A stretch of DNA of 64,000 bases. It comes from Thelocarpon superellum (taxonomy: Eukaryota). How positions within the stretch are numbered: the first letter of the stretch is position 1; every line of letters begins with the position of its first letter. The stretch spans positions 1 through 64,000 of the forward strand of contig JAPEUG010000032.1 of assembly GCA_026025795.1 (NCBI GenBank). Direction: 5' to 3'. Made by a program: the position numbers and the translations under genes. A model generated the notes under the pieces. That model made no database searches. It saw only the letters and a list, made by a program, of their open reading frames with translations, and was not told where the DNA came from. Below are positions 62,976-64,000 of the stretch, piece after piece.

Positions 62976-64000
<1,025 letters not shown>

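Overview
Eukaryotic DNA from a GC-rich filamentous ascomycete (Pezizomycotina-type short GT-AG introns with CTRAC/CTRAT branch points). The species cannot be determined from the sequence. Positions 1-~3500 are a degenerate tract containing a SNF2/helicase-C-like fragment and an AT-hook ORF. Positions ~4000-12600 are a sparse cell-surface segment: a Hol1-family MFS transporter, a small secreted protein, and a GPI-anchored CFEM protein that the ORF track misses as a unit. Positions ~13000-64000 are a dense housekeeping block: RRP9, PRE1, SAD1, a hypothetical protein, UTP13, an INSIG/NSG1-like gene, GCD11, ADE16/17, CHC1, PYC, a small three-exon gene, MAK11, EAF1, SPP2, RPL11, SMB1, MPC1, IES1 and the 3' part of DED1. 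I found no wholly new multi-gene system, and no rRNA, tRNA, CRISPR array or intact transposon. The best hidden signal is an 11-codon uORF ending Pro-Ser-stop just upstream of the Hol1-like transporter, which is the signature of polyamine/eIF5A translational control. Other leads are an intron splitting the PRE1 start codon, a structured RPL11 intron, a splice-dependent RD tail on SPP2 and a recurrent intergenic TACGAGTA motif. Gene models were built by eye and gene names come from recognised motifs, not from database searches.
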